From positions 465,892 to 529,891 of the forward strand of contig JACKFW010000001.1 of assembly GCA_020632265.1 (NCBI GenBank): DNA of 64,000 bases, read 5' to 3'. Within the stretch, counting starts at the first letter, position 1, and every line of letters begins with the position of its first letter. Of the stretch, positions 27,782 through 39,261 are shown one piece after another. The DNA comes from Pseudomonadales bacterium (GTDB lineage: Bacteria > Patescibacteriota > Microgenomatia > UBA1400 > PJMF01). The translations under genes were made by a program, and so were the position numbers. The notes under the pieces are model-generated. The model saw only the letters and a list, made by a program, of their open reading frames with translations, did no database searches and was not told where the DNA came from.

Positions 27782-29098
27782 TCAATCTCCAAATATAATC
27801 ACATACATGTTTTCTCCATGTCTTACGCAAGCATTTTTAAACTCCCTACTGAGCTGGGCCTCTCTATGACCTATGGTTGATGAATCAAAACACCATTCGA
27901 TAATTGATGTTCCGGTTTGTGCAATAAATGAATCACCCGTTTGCATATTTTTACAATTTTGAAAAGCCAAATTTTCTCCAATGTTTTTTCCAGGATAGTA
28001 TTTAATTTCGTCTGGAAGATTCTCCAAATCCGCAAAATCTTCAATAAATCCTGCATGATCATCCAAACCGCCAAATTCAATTAAGTCATTAACTCTTCTA
28101 GATGCATAATTACATAAATTTTTGTTAAAATTTAATGGAAAAATTTGATGTGACGCACGATAATCATTGAGAGCATTAAAGACTTCTTCGTCTGAAATAT
28201 CTGGGTAAACAGGTCCTTTGATTGCAACCTGCTGAGGAACAACGTTCACCTGCTTCATTGGTTTACCAAGAACTTGAACAACAACTCCAACAGTTCCTAA
28301 ATCCTTAATTTCAACAATTTTTGTAGCAAAACCTACATCCTCAAAGTCATCATCTTTTAATGCCTCAATTTGTTGAGCATCAGAGAACCAAGCATCAACT
28401 ATTGCTTGTTCAGTTTGTGGACCAATAACCATATTATGGCTAACGTGTAAATAATTATAGCCAACAGTCTTAAGTGCATTCTTTAATTCTTCTAAGAAGT
28501 CCTTCTTCTCTAAATCATAATCATACTTTTCAGCTTCAGCAATCAAAATGGCAGCAGCACTAGCAAGTTGATCACTATATTCTAGTTCTCCAACTTCCAA
28601 TGAAATTCTTTCAGAATTGAGTTTTTGAAAGATTACCTGTGGATCTAAATCAGTTTTAACCTCTTTTTGTATCTCTTCTGCTAGATATCCAACTTTTGGT
28701 TTTTCAATTAAGCCAGTTTGAGTGAGAAAATTTAAAAGTTCCTTTGGAATATGAAACGTGTTATTTTCAATAAAATATTTTCCCAAAACTATATTAACTC
28801 CAAGAAAAAAAGAAATAATTGTTATTTTAATAATTAAGGATACTTTTGGATCTTTAAAAAAATCACTTATTCTATTAAAAAAGAATTTTATTTTTATAAA
28901 TTTGGACAAAATAAATTTTGAAAATTTTTTTACTTTATTTATGAAAAGTTTTATTTTTATAGGAAAAATTTGAAGAGAATTAACAAACTTTTTATGTCTC
29001 AACTTACTCTTGGCTTTTAAATGATGATTCTGAATTGAGTTTTTTTGGTGAGATTTAATAATATTTGTTTCAATTTCTACTTTATTTTTTTTCATCAA
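27782..29098 (-). CDS. hypothetical membrane-anchored protein, possible C-terminal CAP/SCP-like domain
   Basis: 438 aa with an N-terminal basic region, one TM segment, and a C-terminal ...GENLAFQNC...IGHREAQL... weakly reminiscent of CAP-domain motifs. Confidence 0.3.
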   Translation of the reverse strand: MMKKNKVEIETNIIKSHQKNSIQNHHLKAKSKLRHKKFVNSLQIFPIKIKLFINKVKKFSKFILSKFIKIKFFFNRISDFFKDPKVSLIIKITIISFFLGVNIVLGKYFIENNTFHIPKELLNFLTQTGLIEKPKVGYLAEEIQKEVKTDLDPQVIFQKLNSERISLEVGELEYSDQLASAAAILIAEAEKYDYDLEKKDFLEELKNALKTVGYNYLHVSHNMVIGPQTEQAIVDAWFSDAQQIEALKDDDFEDVGFATKIVEIKDLGTVGVVVQVLGKPMKQVNVVPQQVAIKGPVYPDISDEEVFNALNDYRASHQIFPLNFNKNLCNYASRRVNDLIEFGGLDDHAGFIEDFADLENLPDEIKYYPGKNIGENLAFQNCKNMQTGDSFIAQTGTSIIEWCFDSSTIGHREAQLSREFKNACVRHGENMYVIIFGD

Positions 29099-29687
29099 AT
29101 ACTCCCGAATCTTCTAAAAGAGGTACTAAAAATTCCATGGGCAAACCATGTGTGAAACTACTTAAAGATCCTTTTATTGAAGCAATCAAATTAATTCCAG
29201 CTGGATAGGCAGGACAAAACGCCGCCGACCAGGTTGTAACTGGATTTTCTGCTACATATTTATTTATTTCATAATTTGTAAGTTGTCTAAATACCAATTC
29301 AGTTATTGCGGTTTTATATACTTCAATTTTATTTAAATTATCTATATAGGCGAATCCACTCAAACACTTTCCTTTTTTTCCAGACTGTTCGGATAACATT
29401 TGTATCGCTTCATTGTTATTGACAGGTTTTTCATAAGATTTTTCATTAAATATTGTAAAAGTATCAGCCGCGATCACTATGGAATTTGGATTTATAGAAG
29501 CAATTTTCCGAGCTTTTTTTTGAGCTATCAATTGAGCTCGAAGTTTCTGATTACTTTCAATGATAGATTTTTCATCAATATTAGCCGGCTGTATCTCAAA
29601 TTTGATTCCCAGAGCATCAAGAAGCAACCTTCTTTGAGGTGATTGAGATGCTAAAATAATTTTTTGCATAACTATTATTATTTCCAA
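29082..29687 (-). CDS. maf: Maf-like nucleoside triphosphate pyrophosphatase
   Basis: 201 aa with the N-terminal [23 protein letters not shown] signature of the Maf family. Confidence 0.7.
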   Translation of the reverse strand: MEIIIVMQKIILASQSPQRRLLLDALGIKFEIQPANIDEKSIIESNQKLRAQLIAQKKARKIASINPNSIVIAADTFTIFNEKSYEKPVNNNEAIQMLSEQSGKKGKCLSGFAYIDNLNKIEVYKTAITELVFRQLTNYEINKYVAENPVTTWSAAFCPAYPAGINLIASIKGSLSSFTHGLPMEFLVPLLEDSGVFDEKK

Positions 29688-30409
29688 CCATATTCACTAT
29701 AAAATATACCTTTTTGAAAATTATTAATAGCTTCTCTAATATAAGGAATCACATTTTTAGGTAATTTATTGATGTGAAACCAAGCCAATTCATCACATTT
29801 TTCCAATTCTAAATTTTTTGGTTCTCCCTCAAAATTTTCAACCAAATGAAAAACATCAACTCTTTGAGAACCATCGGTATCAGATTTTCTGTGCATAACA
29901 TGCACGGTTTTAATTTGATTTGGGTCAAAAATTAACCCCGACTCTTCTCTCGCTTCTCTTATCAGTGCGTCTGTAAAAGTTTCATCAAAATCTACATGTC
30001 CAGCCACCAAACTATACTGACCATCTTTATAGCCTGTATTGAATCTCCTTAACAATAAAATTAGATCTTCTCTCTTTAATATTAAATATGAAGCCGGAAT
30101 ATTTTGGTTTCGGATAACTTTTTTATTATTTATAAGTTTCATTTTTTCTAATCTAGATAATTTTTTTATTTCTGCTTCTCTTTTTGTTGCCAAGGACCTA
30201 CTAGAAAATTCTTCATAATATTTGAGACTTATCGGCAAGTGGCTTCTAGTATATTTGGCTCCCTTACCCGCCGAATGAACACGTAGTCTATTTTCCAAAT
30301 TATTAGTCGAACCTGTATATAAAGACTTGTCAACACATTCTAATATATATACAGTCCAGAGTAAATTTTTCATTATAACCAAACTAACTTTATCTATTTT
30401 CATCCCCAT
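29678..30409 (-). CDS. GIY-YIG domain / NUDIX hydrolase fusion protein
   Basis: 243 aa. The N-terminal [37 protein letters not shown] is a UPF0213-type GIY-YIG motif. The C-terminal [23 protein letters not shown] is a Nudix box. Confidence 0.65.
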   Translation of the reverse strand: MGMKIDKVSLVIMKNLLWTVYILECVDKSLYTGSTNNLENRLRVHSAGKGAKYTRSHLPISLKYYEEFSSRSLATKREAEIKKLSRLEKMKLINNKKVIRNQNIPASYLILKREDLILLLRRFNTGYKDGQYSLVAGHVDFDETFTDALIREAREESGLIFDPNQIKTVHVMHRKSDTDGSQRVDVFHLVENFEGEPKNLELEKCDELAWFHINKLPKNVIPYIREAINNFQKGIFYSEYGWK

Positions 30410-30725
30410 GCTTATGTGGAAGAATTTTAATTCCCTTTAACCCAAAATAAAGTGATGTAATGATTATTACTTTTAAAATAAAATAGTCACTTGGATTCAA
30501 AAAATCTTCAGTCATTTTGGTCATTTGACCACTTAACAAATGAGCCAAAATTCCAATTGGCAATGTTAAATATAGCCAAACTTTTTTTGAAGTAGATATT
30601 TTAAATATTAAAAATAATTTAACCAAAAGTGGACTGAGTATATAAACCCCCAAAAATGATACAACAAAATCAAAAATTGCATACTCTCCGACTCTAAATG
30701 ACCTTAAATATTCAATGTTAAACAT
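30390..30725 (-). CDS. small membrane protein
   Basis: 111 aa with 3 TM helices. Confidence 0.35.
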   Translation of the reverse strand: MFNIEYLRSFRVGEYAIFDFVVSFLGVYILSPLLVKLFLIFKISTSKKVWLYLTLPIGILAHLLSGQMTKMTEDFLNPSDYFILKVIIITSLYFGLKGIKILPHKHGDENR

Positions 30726-30753
30726 AATTTTTCTTTCTCAAAAAACAAAATAA

Positions 30754-32076
30754 CTAATAACGATAATGATCCGATTTGAAAGGCCCATTTTTTTCAATTC
30801 CGAGATATTCAGCTTGCTCTTTACTAAGCTTGGTCAATTTAACTCCAATTTTATCAAGATGAAGTACGGCAACTTTTTCATCAAGATGCTTTGGTAATTG
30901 ATAAACGCCAACTTCATATGATTGATTGAATAATTCTATTTGGGCAAGAACCTGATTTGTAAATGAATTTGACATCACAAACGATGGATGACCCATCGCA
31001 CATCCTAAGTTAATCAATCTTCCTTCTGCTAATAAAATTACTCTATGACCATCAGGAAAAGTATAAATATCTACTTGCGGTTTCAATTGTTTTTTCTTAA
31101 TTTTTGGGTATTTATTTAGCTTGGCTACTTGAATTTCAATATCAAAATGACCTATGTTACACACAATAGCGGTATCCTTCATTTTTTCCAAGTGCTCAAT
31201 TCTAATAACATCTTTGCATCCCGTAGCAGTTACAAAAACATCAATTTCTTTTACAACATCCTCAATTCTTTTAACTTCATAACCTTCCATCGCAGCCTGC
31301 AAAGCACAAATTGGATCAACCTCGGCTACAATTACTCTTGCACCATTATTTCTTAACGACTGAGCACTACCTTTCCCCACATCTCCAAAACCAGCAACAA
31401 ATGCTACCTTGCCAGCAAGCATAATATCTGTGGCTCGACGAATTCCATCTACCAGAGATTCTCGACAACCATAAATATTATCAAATTTTGATTTAGTAAC
31501 CGAATCATTAACATTAATTGCTGGAATTTTTAACTGATGATTTTTCATCATTTTATATAAATGATGGACTCCGGTGGTAGTTTCCTCTGACACTCCTCTA
31601 ATATCCTTCAAAAGCTTTGGAAATTTTTCATGAACCAACGCAGTTAAATCACCACCATCGTCCAAAATCATATTTGGACCAACTTCTTTTCCTGATTTAT
31701 CCTTAAATTTTAGCGTCTGTTCTGTGCACCACCAATATTCTTTTTCAGTTTCCCCTTTCCAAGCAAAAACTGGAATTTTTTTTGTAGCTATTGCAGCTGC
31801 GGCATGATCTTGAGTTGAAAAAATATTACACGATGCCCATCTAACTTCAGCTCCCAAAGCAACTAAGGTTTCAATCAAAACTGCAGTCTGAATGGTCATA
31901 TGCAAAGAGCCAGCGATTCTCGCACCTTTAAGTGGCTTTTTCGTGCCATATTCTTCTCTTAGTGCCATTAATCCAGGCATTTCTTTTTCAGCTAATTCAA
32001 TCTCGTCCCTGCCCCAAGAAGATAACCTTATGTCTTTAATTTTATAATCTAATTTTGAAACGCTTGTTTTTGCCAT
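30754..32076 (-). CDS. ahcY: adenosylhomocysteinase
   Basis: 440 aa with strong family-level similarity, including the N-terminal substrate-binding region and the NAD-binding GxGxxG ([10 protein letters not shown]). Confidence 0.9.
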   Translation of the reverse strand: MAKTSVSKLDYKIKDIRLSSWGRDEIELAEKEMPGLMALREEYGTKKPLKGARIAGSLHMTIQTAVLIETLVALGAEVRWASCNIFSTQDHAAAAIATKKIPVFAWKGETEKEYWWCTEQTLKFKDKSGKEVGPNMILDDGGDLTALVHEKFPKLLKDIRGVSEETTTGVHHLYKMMKNHQLKIPAINVNDSVTKSKFDNIYGCRESLVDGIRRATDIMLAGKVAFVAGFGDVGKGSAQSLRNNGARVIVAEVDPICALQAAMEGYEVKRIEDVVKEIDVFVTATGCKDVIRIEHLEKMKDTAIVCNIGHFDIEIQVAKLNKYPKIKKKQLKPQVDIYTFPDGHRVILLAEGRLINLGCAMGHPSFVMSNSFTNQVLAQIELFNQSYEVGVYQLPKHLDEKVAVLHLDKIGVKLTKLSKEQAEYLGIEKNGPFKSDHYRY

Positions 32077-32088
32077 AATATTATTTTC

Positions 32089-33039
32089 CTAAATTTTTAG
32101 TACTTGATGATAATTCTCTTTATATCTAGATTTAATCATTTTCAATGTAAAATAATGTTCTTGCGTGCCATGTTTTTCTACTGCGAAAGCTGCAACCGTA
32201 GATGCTAGTTGTGTTGCTATTTGCAGGTCCCAGCCCTTTACATATCCATATATAAATCCGGCTCTATATGCGTCACCCGCTCCAGTTGGATCTACAACTT
32301 TTTTAACTTTAACAGCAGGGACCATCATGGGAATGTATTTATTGTTTTTGGCATAAACTGCTGAACCTTTTCCTCCCAAAGTAATAATTGAAACTAAAGT
32401 TTTCTCAACAATCAGTTGTCTATCTAGGCCCGTTTTTTTAGTTAATAAACCCATTTCGTAATCGTTTACAATCAAAACTTCACAAGCTTCAAGTCCTTTA
32501 ATCAAATTTTCTTTACTTAAGGCTAAGATTTGCTGGCCAATATCAAAAATCATTCTTTTTTTGTATTTTATACATTCTTTTGCTTGCACGACCATTTGAG
32601 CAGGATCATGTGCAGAAATCACCACTAAAACATTTTCATCTTTAAATTTTTTAATTGTTAAACTTTTGGAGTCAGCCATGGCACCTGGATAAAATCCGCC
32701 AACTTGACAATCATTGTTATCAGTCAAAACACTAAATGTTGCAGTTGGTAAATCTGAAAAATGAACATATTGGGTATTTACTCCAAGCTTTTTCAAATTT
32801 CCGATATAAGTCTGACTTTCATGTCCAACTGAACCATATAAAATTGGTTTTTCACCCAGCATTGCCAGAGAATAGGCAATATTTCCGGCAATACCACCCG
32901 GTGTTCTTTTCATGCTTTTTACTAAAGGAGAAATTGAAAGAACATGAAGTTTGTCGGGTTGAATCAAGTTCTCATATAATCCATCAAAATTCATAATTTG
33001 ATCAACAGAAAGAGAACCTGACAATAGTATCTTCATCAT
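32089..33039 (-). CDS. PfkB-family carbohydrate/nucleoside kinase (likely adenosine kinase given ahcY linkage)
   Basis: 316 aa with the ribokinase-family signature DPTGAGDAYRAGFIYG near the C-terminus. Confidence 0.7.
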   Translation of the reverse strand: MMKILLSGSLSVDQIMNFDGLYENLIQPDKLHVLSISPLVKSMKRTPGGIAGNIAYSLAMLGEKPILYGSVGHESQTYIGNLKKLGVNTQYVHFSDLPTATFSVLTDNNDCQVGGFYPGAMADSKSLTIKKFKDENVLVVISAHDPAQMVVQAKECIKYKKRMIFDIGQQILALSKENLIKGLEACEVLIVNDYEMGLLTKKTGLDRQLIVEKTLVSIITLGGKGSAVYAKNNKYIPMMVPAVKVKKVVDPTGAGDAYRAGFIYGYVKGWDLQIATQLASTVAAFAVEKHGTQEHYFTLKMIKSRYKENYHQVLKI

Positions 33040-33298
33040 GATAAATAGTTTATCACAGATCTGAAGAATTAAGTGATTATTTGGCCTTTAATGAAAGTTG
33101 TATTTACCTAACCTACTCAAGCCACTATTAAATAGCTTTTTTTCATGTAAAAATAATATTTGCACCGATAAAATATTTATATCAATTTGCGAGAATATTT
33201 GGAGAAATTTGTGGATAAAATTATTCAACGCTTCATCAACTTTTCAATTATAAAACAATTTATAATCTGGAGAATATGGCTATTTTTCCCATTAGTAC

Positions 33299-34405
33299 TT
33301 GGAATACTTTTTTTACAATTTAGACCAAATTATTTATATACTACAATTTGGCAATATACACAAAAAATATCAAATTGTCGAAAGTCCACTGATTTTCCCC
33401 TGGAGCAACTTCGATGGTGTTCATTACATGGCAATAGCATCTAGAGGTTATATTGATGAAGGCAGGTTTTTGCCTTTTTATCCAGCATTAATCAATACTT
33501 TTTCTCAACCAATTATTTATTTTCTGGGCAATAAACCTTACGGTCCAACCACATTTTGGACTGGATTAGTTATAAGCAATGGTTTATTTCTTGTAAGCTT
33601 ATTTTTATTACAAAAATTACTATTACTAGATTACAAAAAAATGTTTATTAATAAAATATTACTTTTGCTTCTAATTGCACCAACTTCATTTTTCTTTGTA
33701 AGTTTATATTCTGAAAGCCTATTTTTGCTTCTTAGTTTAGTTGCATTATTTTTTGCAAGAAAAAAAAGATGGTTATTGGCAATTCTTGTTTCAATGTTTT
33801 TGGCAATTACTAGATTGCCGGGGTTTTTGATTGCTATTCCATTATTATATGAATATTTTTTTGAGAACAAAATCAAGACTGATTTAAAAAAGACATTTGC
33901 CTCAATTGGTTTTTTGTTTATTCCCATTCTGTTAGTTGTTTATGCATTTTTTAATTACATAAAATGGGGTGATCCTTTATTTTTTATCAATGCCCATGGA
34001 CTACTTGGAAATGATCGCGTGGTAAATACATTTGTATTTCCATTAATCACACTTTTTAGATATGTAAAAATTTTCTTTGGAATTTCACCATTTCAATATG
34101 AATTCTATGTAGCGTTAATTGAATTTGGATCATTAATTTTTGCTTTAATTGGAATATTTTTTGGATTTAAAAATAAAATTAGAACATCTTATTTGATATA
34201 TACAGTCTTACTTTTATTTCTTCCACTCTTATCTGGAACACTAAGTGGATTCCCAAGATATATAATACCCGCTTTTCCAATTTTTATTGGCTTTGCACAT
34301 AAAATTAATTTCAAAAATATCAGTGGAAAAATATATTTTTTAATTAATCTAATTTTTCAAATAATATTTTTGGCATTATTTTCCAGAGGATATTTTATTG
34401 CTTAA
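33299..34405 (+). CDS. polytopic membrane protein, possible GT-C/mannosyltransferase-like
   Basis: About 368 aa with more than 8 predicted TM helices. The start is uncertain, with an alternative at 33187 in another frame. Confidence 0.35.
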   Translation: MEYFFYNLDQIIYILQFGNIHKKYQIVESPLIFPWSNFDGVHYMAIASRGYIDEGRFLPFYPALINTFSQPIIYFLGNKPYGPTTFWTGLVISNGLFLVSLFLLQKLLLLDYKKMFINKILLLLLIAPTSFFFVSLYSESLFLLLSLVALFFARKKRWLLAILVSMFLAITRLPGFLIAIPLLYEYFFENKIKTDLKKTFASIGFLFIPILLVVYAFFNYIKWGDPLFFINAHGLLGNDRVVNTFVFPLITLFRYVKIFFGISPFQYEFYVALIEFGSLIFALIGIFFGFKNKIRTSYLIYTVLLLFLPLLSGTLSGFPRYIIPAFPIFIGFAHKINFKNISGKIYFLINLIFQIIFLALFSRGYFIA

Positions 34406-34497
34406 TTCAATAAAAAGTTTAAATATTTTGAAATTTAATACATACATCATTTAGTTGTATATAGACAACAAATTTATGTACCTGCTAAGATTAGAAC

Positions 34498-35004
34498 ATG
34501 CTCATTTCTGAACTATACCACAAGCATGTAATCACAATCTCTCAAGACGCAACGGTTCTAGAAGCTCTCAAGGTCTTAATAGAAAAAAGAGTTAACGGTC
34601 TTATTGTTTTTGATAATGATAATAAAGTTACTGGAGTTCTCGCACTTCAAGATATAGCTGCTGCAACTATACCACGTCAATTCCGCCATAATATTCAAAT
34701 GGCTGCAGCGATGTATCGTCCTGGTTTTTTCAGCGAAAACTGTGAGGAGATTAAAAATAAGCCTGTTTACTCTGTAATGAGAAAAAAATTTACCATTACT
34801 AATCTAAATGACAATATTATGACCGTAGCAGCTGATTTTTTAAAAAATGATCTTTATATAGTACCAGTAATTGAAAAAGGTAAACTTCTAGGTGTAATTA
34901 CCCGTTCTGAAATCAAAAGAGCACTCGCCTACGGTATGAGAATACCTAAATTTTATAATCAGATGAAAGATTCTATAGATAAACCAAATAAGGAAAAGAA
35001 TTAG
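34498..35004 (+). CDS. CBS domain pair protein
   Basis: 168 aa with two CBS motifs (ITISQDATVLEAL...NGLIVFDNDNKVTGVLALQDI, and a second at 100-150). Confidence 0.6.
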   Translation: MLISELYHKHVITISQDATVLEALKVLIEKRVNGLIVFDNDNKVTGVLALQDIAAATIPRQFRHNIQMAAAMYRPGFFSENCEEIKNKPVYSVMRKKFTITNLNDNIMTVAADFLKNDLYIVPVIEKGKLLGVITRSEIKRALAYGMRIPKFYNQMKDSIDKPNKEKN

Positions 35005-35013
35005 AGTAAGCAC

Positions 35014-36345
35014 ATGCAATATTTTGGACTATCAATTTTTTCTATTATCTCCTTAGTTACATTAGCCATTGTCTATTTTTTTCTAATTAGTGAAAAACTT
35101 AATAAAGTAATTGTCTCAATTCTAGGAGCAACTATATTAATATTAATGCAAGTTTTTCGAACAGCTAGTCATACTTCACAGAAAAACGCTTTTGAATTTA
35201 TTGCTAATAATTTAGACATTTTAGGTTTCGTAATTGGTATGATGGTTTTAGTAGGAATTGTTAAAGATTCTGGAATTTTTGAAGCCCTTGCAATTTGGCT
35301 TGTAAAGTTAGTAAAAGGACATCCAATTTGGCTTCTAATTAGCTTAGGATATTTGACACTTTTTATGACTGCAGTATTTTCAAATATTCCTACAATCTTG
35401 ATAATAATTCCAATTCTAGTAGTTCTAATCAAAACATTTAAATTGCCATATATGCCATATTTTTTTGTAGCAGTAATGATGTCAAATATTGGTGGAGCCA
35501 TGACGCCAATCTCCGACCCAACTACTTATTATCAGGCAAGAGTTGTTGGACTAAGCTTCGCCGAAGTAATATCAAATTCTGGCATAATCGTACTAATTCT
35601 TTCTGTTGTAACTTTAATCTATAGCATAATTATTTTTAAAAAAGATCTAAACTCAGTCGTTGTTGATAAAAAGAGTGTGGAATTTTTTAAACCAAAAGCA
35701 GCTATTAAAAATAAAAAACTTCTTTACAAAGGACTGCCGATATTAATTATTGTAATTCTTTTAATGATATTTAAAGAACAAATTAGCAATTCTTTTGGAA
35801 TTACAATTGATAATGCTACATTAACAATTGGCGGTGCATTTTTTGCAATGATGATTTTCCATAGAAAACCTCACAAAGTTATTAGTGATTTGATTGACTG
35901 GGAAATAATCTTTTTTTTCATGGGCTTATTTATCATCGTTGGTTCACTTGAATTCACACATGTAATTGAAATTCTAGCAGATCAACTAGTTAAATTATCT
36001 GGAGGAAATATTAGTTACTTAACCCTCATGATTTCGACAGGGTCTGCATTACTTTCGACATTTATTGATAATGTTCCTTATAACATCACTATGGTTGGGG
36101 CAATAAAAGCTATGGAAACTGCTGGAATTACTGTTTACCCTCTATGGTGGGCATTAAATCTCGGAACATCGATAGGTGGCGCTGGTTCTCCAATTGCCGC
36201 AGCATGTAATGTTATTGCATTTGGGCAAGCAGAAAAAGAAGGATGGAAAACATCATTCTTCAAATATTTGAGTTTGGCACTACCGCTAGTTTTGATAAAT
36301 AGTTTAATTACTTTTGGACTTATTTGGCTTAGATATATTGCTTAG
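35014..36345 (+). CDS. ArsB/NhaD/SLC13-superfamily anion permease
   Basis: 443 aa with about 10-12 TM segments in an internally duplicated arrangement. It lies downstream of the CBS protein. Confidence 0.5.
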   Translation: MQYFGLSIFSIISLVTLAIVYFFLISEKLNKVIVSILGATILILMQVFRTASHTSQKNAFEFIANNLDILGFVIGMMVLVGIVKDSGIFEALAIWLVKLVKGHPIWLLISLGYLTLFMTAVFSNIPTILIIIPILVVLIKTFKLPYMPYFFVAVMMSNIGGAMTPISDPTTYYQARVVGLSFAEVISNSGIIVLILSVVTLIYSIIIFKKDLNSVVVDKKSVEFFKPKAAIKNKKLLYKGLPILIIVILLMIFKEQISNSFGITIDNATLTIGGAFFAMMIFHRKPHKVISDLIDWEIIFFFMGLFIIVGSLEFTHVIEILADQLVKLSGGNISYLTLMISTGSALLSTFIDNVPYNITMVGAIKAMETAGITVYPLWWALNLGTSIGGAGSPIAAACNVIAFGQAEKEGWKTSFFKYLSLALPLVLINSLITFGLIWLRYIA

Positions 36346-36469
36346 GCTATTAATATTTCAAATATTAGCAAAATGATTTTTATTGGTAAGGACTAAAAGC
36401 AACAAGATTTGTTACTACATATGAGAGAATTAATCAATTAGTTAAAAAAATTATTACCCCAAACATGAA

Positions 36470-36600
36470 TACTCGTTTATATTCCAGGTGACTTATTTGT
36501 TCGGTCGTCTGCGCGCATTCAACTACATATTGTCTTATCACTCGCCCCATATTTTTTGATTAGAATCTTTGTGAACTATATGGGGAGCAGGTCTTGCGAT
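36470..36600. mobile_element. solo IS3-family end remnant
   Basis: ttgttcggtcgtctgcgcgcattcaactacatattgtcttatcactcgcc...gtgaactatatggggagcag is homologous to 22700-22920 of the decayed IS. Confidence 0.5.
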
Positions 36601-36727
36601 ATTTTCTAAAAAATATTTTATTTCCTAAGAATTTAAAATATTTTTCATCAATAGTATTGACGATTCCTATTTTTAAATATATAGATAACAATATTCAATA
36701 AAAAATTGTTATAATAAGATAATTTAT

Positions 36728-38155
36728 ATGCAGAAAACCGAAATAAATCCAATAGCACTTTTGAAGAAGATTGTATATCCTATTGATTTAATTGCAGGAT
36801 ATCCTGAAAGAAATCAAGGTCTGAATTCTCCAAATGTTTTAGAAAATCTTACTATGGAGTTATGGGAACAAGCTGAATCCGGTATACCACTCCCAGATGC
36901 CAATATTGTTTTGTTTAAAATTTTTGAAACTCTTGCTGATGCAATCACTCCTAATAGTGATGGCAAACAAGTAATCATTGGTTCCACAGGTGTAGAATAT
37001 GATATTGAAATAATTAAAGATCAGATTAATAAGATCTTTAATGAATTAGGTCTTATAACAGTAAATTCTGCAAGGCCGGCAAGTAGACTTATGAAAATGA
37101 TTGAAGGTAAGAAAAGTGCTAAAAATACTATTACAAAAGCTGATCTTCAAATAGCAATCAATCAATGTACTGCCATCACAAGAAATTTTGGTTTGAGAAA
37201 TTCCATTCAAATTATTGTTGGGCTACTTCTAATTGATCAAGTTTCAAACAGAAATAAAGCAGAAAATGTTACTAATGAAATACTGAGAGACACACCAGAA
37301 ATATTACCTACCGCCACATTTTCATTCTCCTCTCCATATCATGAGAATCATGATGTTTACGGACATTCTAGTTTTCAAAGAGCCGGTCAAGATGGAACAG
37401 TTGATAGGTATGTAGTAGGTGATGGATCAGGTGGATCGGGCGCAACAGATATTCAAACTCAGAAAAAGATGACTGCCATGAGAGATGTGGTAATGAATGC
37501 TAGTTTGAAAGACATTCATGAAGCAATCATACTAGCAGATAAAGCTGGCAAAATTTTGGATGAAGAGAGCAATAGATCTTACGGAGTTATGGTGGGAGTT
37601 GATGTGATTAGAAATAAAAATGGAAAAATCGAAGCAGTAAATACTGCAAATGTAGGAGACGCAGTTGTGTTGGGTTGGAGGCCAAATGGATTTACACACA
37701 GAAGAAGTAGCACGTATCCTAATCGAGGTGACGAATCAAATATTACTTTATATAGTGATGTTGATAATCTAGCAAGTGTATTAAAACAGTCTGAACTAGA
37801 CAATATTAAGACTGGTAGCTTAGATACTGATGCAAGGGCAAATGTCATATTGCATTCAATGGGAAGTACTGATAAGCAATGTGAGCCAAAAAGATATCAA
37901 ATCGATCAAGATGCTGATGACTTTCCACAAATATTAATTCTTTGCACTGATGGATTACAACCAAATAAAATGACTGTTCCAGAAGAAGCTTATTCTAGAT
38001 ACGTTAATAAACTATTGACTGATTACACGACAGGTCAAGGACATCTCACTTTAGATGAAATTGCAAAAAATATTGCTATTTTTGCAAGAAATAAACTTTT
38101 TGATGAAGATGATATTACTATTACACTGATAGATCTTAGATCAAATAACGAATGA
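36728..38155 (+). CDS. hypothetical protein with C-terminal PP2C-like phosphatase domain
   Basis: 475 aa. The C-terminal region has VGDGSGG and LILCTDGL motifs resembling PP2C metal-binding motifs. Confidence 0.4.
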   Translation: MQKTEINPIALLKKIVYPIDLIAGYPERNQGLNSPNVLENLTMELWEQAESGIPLPDANIVLFKIFETLADAITPNSDGKQVIIGSTGVEYDIEIIKDQINKIFNELGLITVNSARPASRLMKMIEGKKSAKNTITKADLQIAINQCTAITRNFGLRNSIQIIVGLLLIDQVSNRNKAENVTNEILRDTPEILPTATFSFSSPYHENHDVYGHSSFQRAGQDGTVDRYVVGDGSGGSGATDIQTQKKMTAMRDVVMNASLKDIHEAIILADKAGKILDEESNRSYGVMVGVDVIRNKNGKIEAVNTANVGDAVVLGWRPNGFTHRRSSTYPNRGDESNITLYSDVDNLASVLKQSELDNIKTGSLDTDARANVILHSMGSTDKQCEPKRYQIDQDADDFPQILILCTDGLQPNKMTVPEEAYSRYVNKLLTDYTTGQGHLTLDEIAKNIAIFARNKLFDEDDITITLIDLRSNNE

Positions 38156-38165
38156 TTAAAAACAC

Positions 38166-39242
38166 CTAATCATTTGATAATTTGACATTATTGCTAATTT
38201 CGATTTTGGGCTTTCTTTTGTTCAAAACTCTCAAACTTAAATAAATAACAGTCAACCATAAAACAATTATCATCATTAGAATGTCAATTCTCAACTGATT
38301 TGTGAAAATTGCATAAATAATTCTTAAACCAATAGTATGAGATAAAAAAATGATGTAGGAATTTTTTCCAAACCAAACAAGCAAACGAGAAGAAAAGTTT
38401 ATAGTTGCAAAACTCAAATTTGCTAACAAGCCAAAAGGTATGATTAAAATCTTGGTAAACTTCAGAGCTGGTAATGGATCAAGTCCATTATTAATTTGTT
38501 GAAGACTAAAAAAAACTATCAAAACAAATGAGAAAACACTACCTATTGGAGCCAGCTTTATCAACATTTTTGGCAATTCTTTTGATTTCAAATATATACC
38601 AAAAATAAAGTAAACAATCCAAGATAAAAATAAAGTGTATTCCAAACGGTCACTATTATTGAGCTTAAAATAAAAATAGATATAAAGAATTATTTGCGCA
38701 AACAAAGCTATAAAAAGGATTAACTTTAGATTTTTTCTATGAAACCAAATTACAGGAAAGATTGCATATAGTTGAAAAATGACAGGTAAAAAATACAACT
38801 GATAATCGGCTTGACCAATTAAGAGTTGAACTAATAAAGACTTCGGTTGGTTGCCAAAAGACCATGTTGGAATTGAGTTAATAATTAGAATTGAAAAAAT
38901 ACTCCAAACTAAATAAAGCGGAATTAACTTCAAGATTCTTGTTTTGAAAAATTTCCAATAATTAATTTTTTTGCTTTCATACTTCGTGGCGAGACCATAA
39001 CCAGAAAGAATAATGAAAGCTGGCATGCAAAAACGAGCAAATTGATCTAAAGAAATGTATAAAATTTGTTGATTGGAATTATATATTCCTGGAAGATAAG
39101 CTAAGATATGAAGAAAAATAACAGCAATAATAGCCAAACCTCTAATGGTGTTGGTTTTTTGGATTGTTATTAAAATTTTTGACACAAATAAGTATGTATT
39201 TTTTTGCCTACTATAAAAAATGTCTATCACATATTTCTTCAA
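38166..39242 (-). CDS. acyltransferase family 3 (OafA-like) membrane protein
   Basis: 358 aa with 10 TM helices and the N-terminal IRGLAIIAVIFLHI signature. Confidence 0.65.
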   Translation of the reverse strand: MKKYVIDIFYSRQKNTYLFVSKILITIQKTNTIRGLAIIAVIFLHILAYLPGIYNSNQQILYISLDQFARFCMPAFIILSGYGLATKYESKKINYWKFFKTRILKLIPLYLVWSIFSILIINSIPTWSFGNQPKSLLVQLLIGQADYQLYFLPVIFQLYAIFPVIWFHRKNLKLILFIALFAQIILYIYFYFKLNNSDRLEYTLFLSWIVYFIFGIYLKSKELPKMLIKLAPIGSVFSFVLIVFFSLQQINNGLDPLPALKFTKILIIPFGLLANLSFATINFSSRLLVWFGKNSYIIFLSHTIGLRIIYAIFTNQLRIDILMMIIVLWLTVIYLSLRVLNKRKPKIEISNNVKLSND

Positions 39243-39261
39243 ATCTCTCTAACTATGTATT

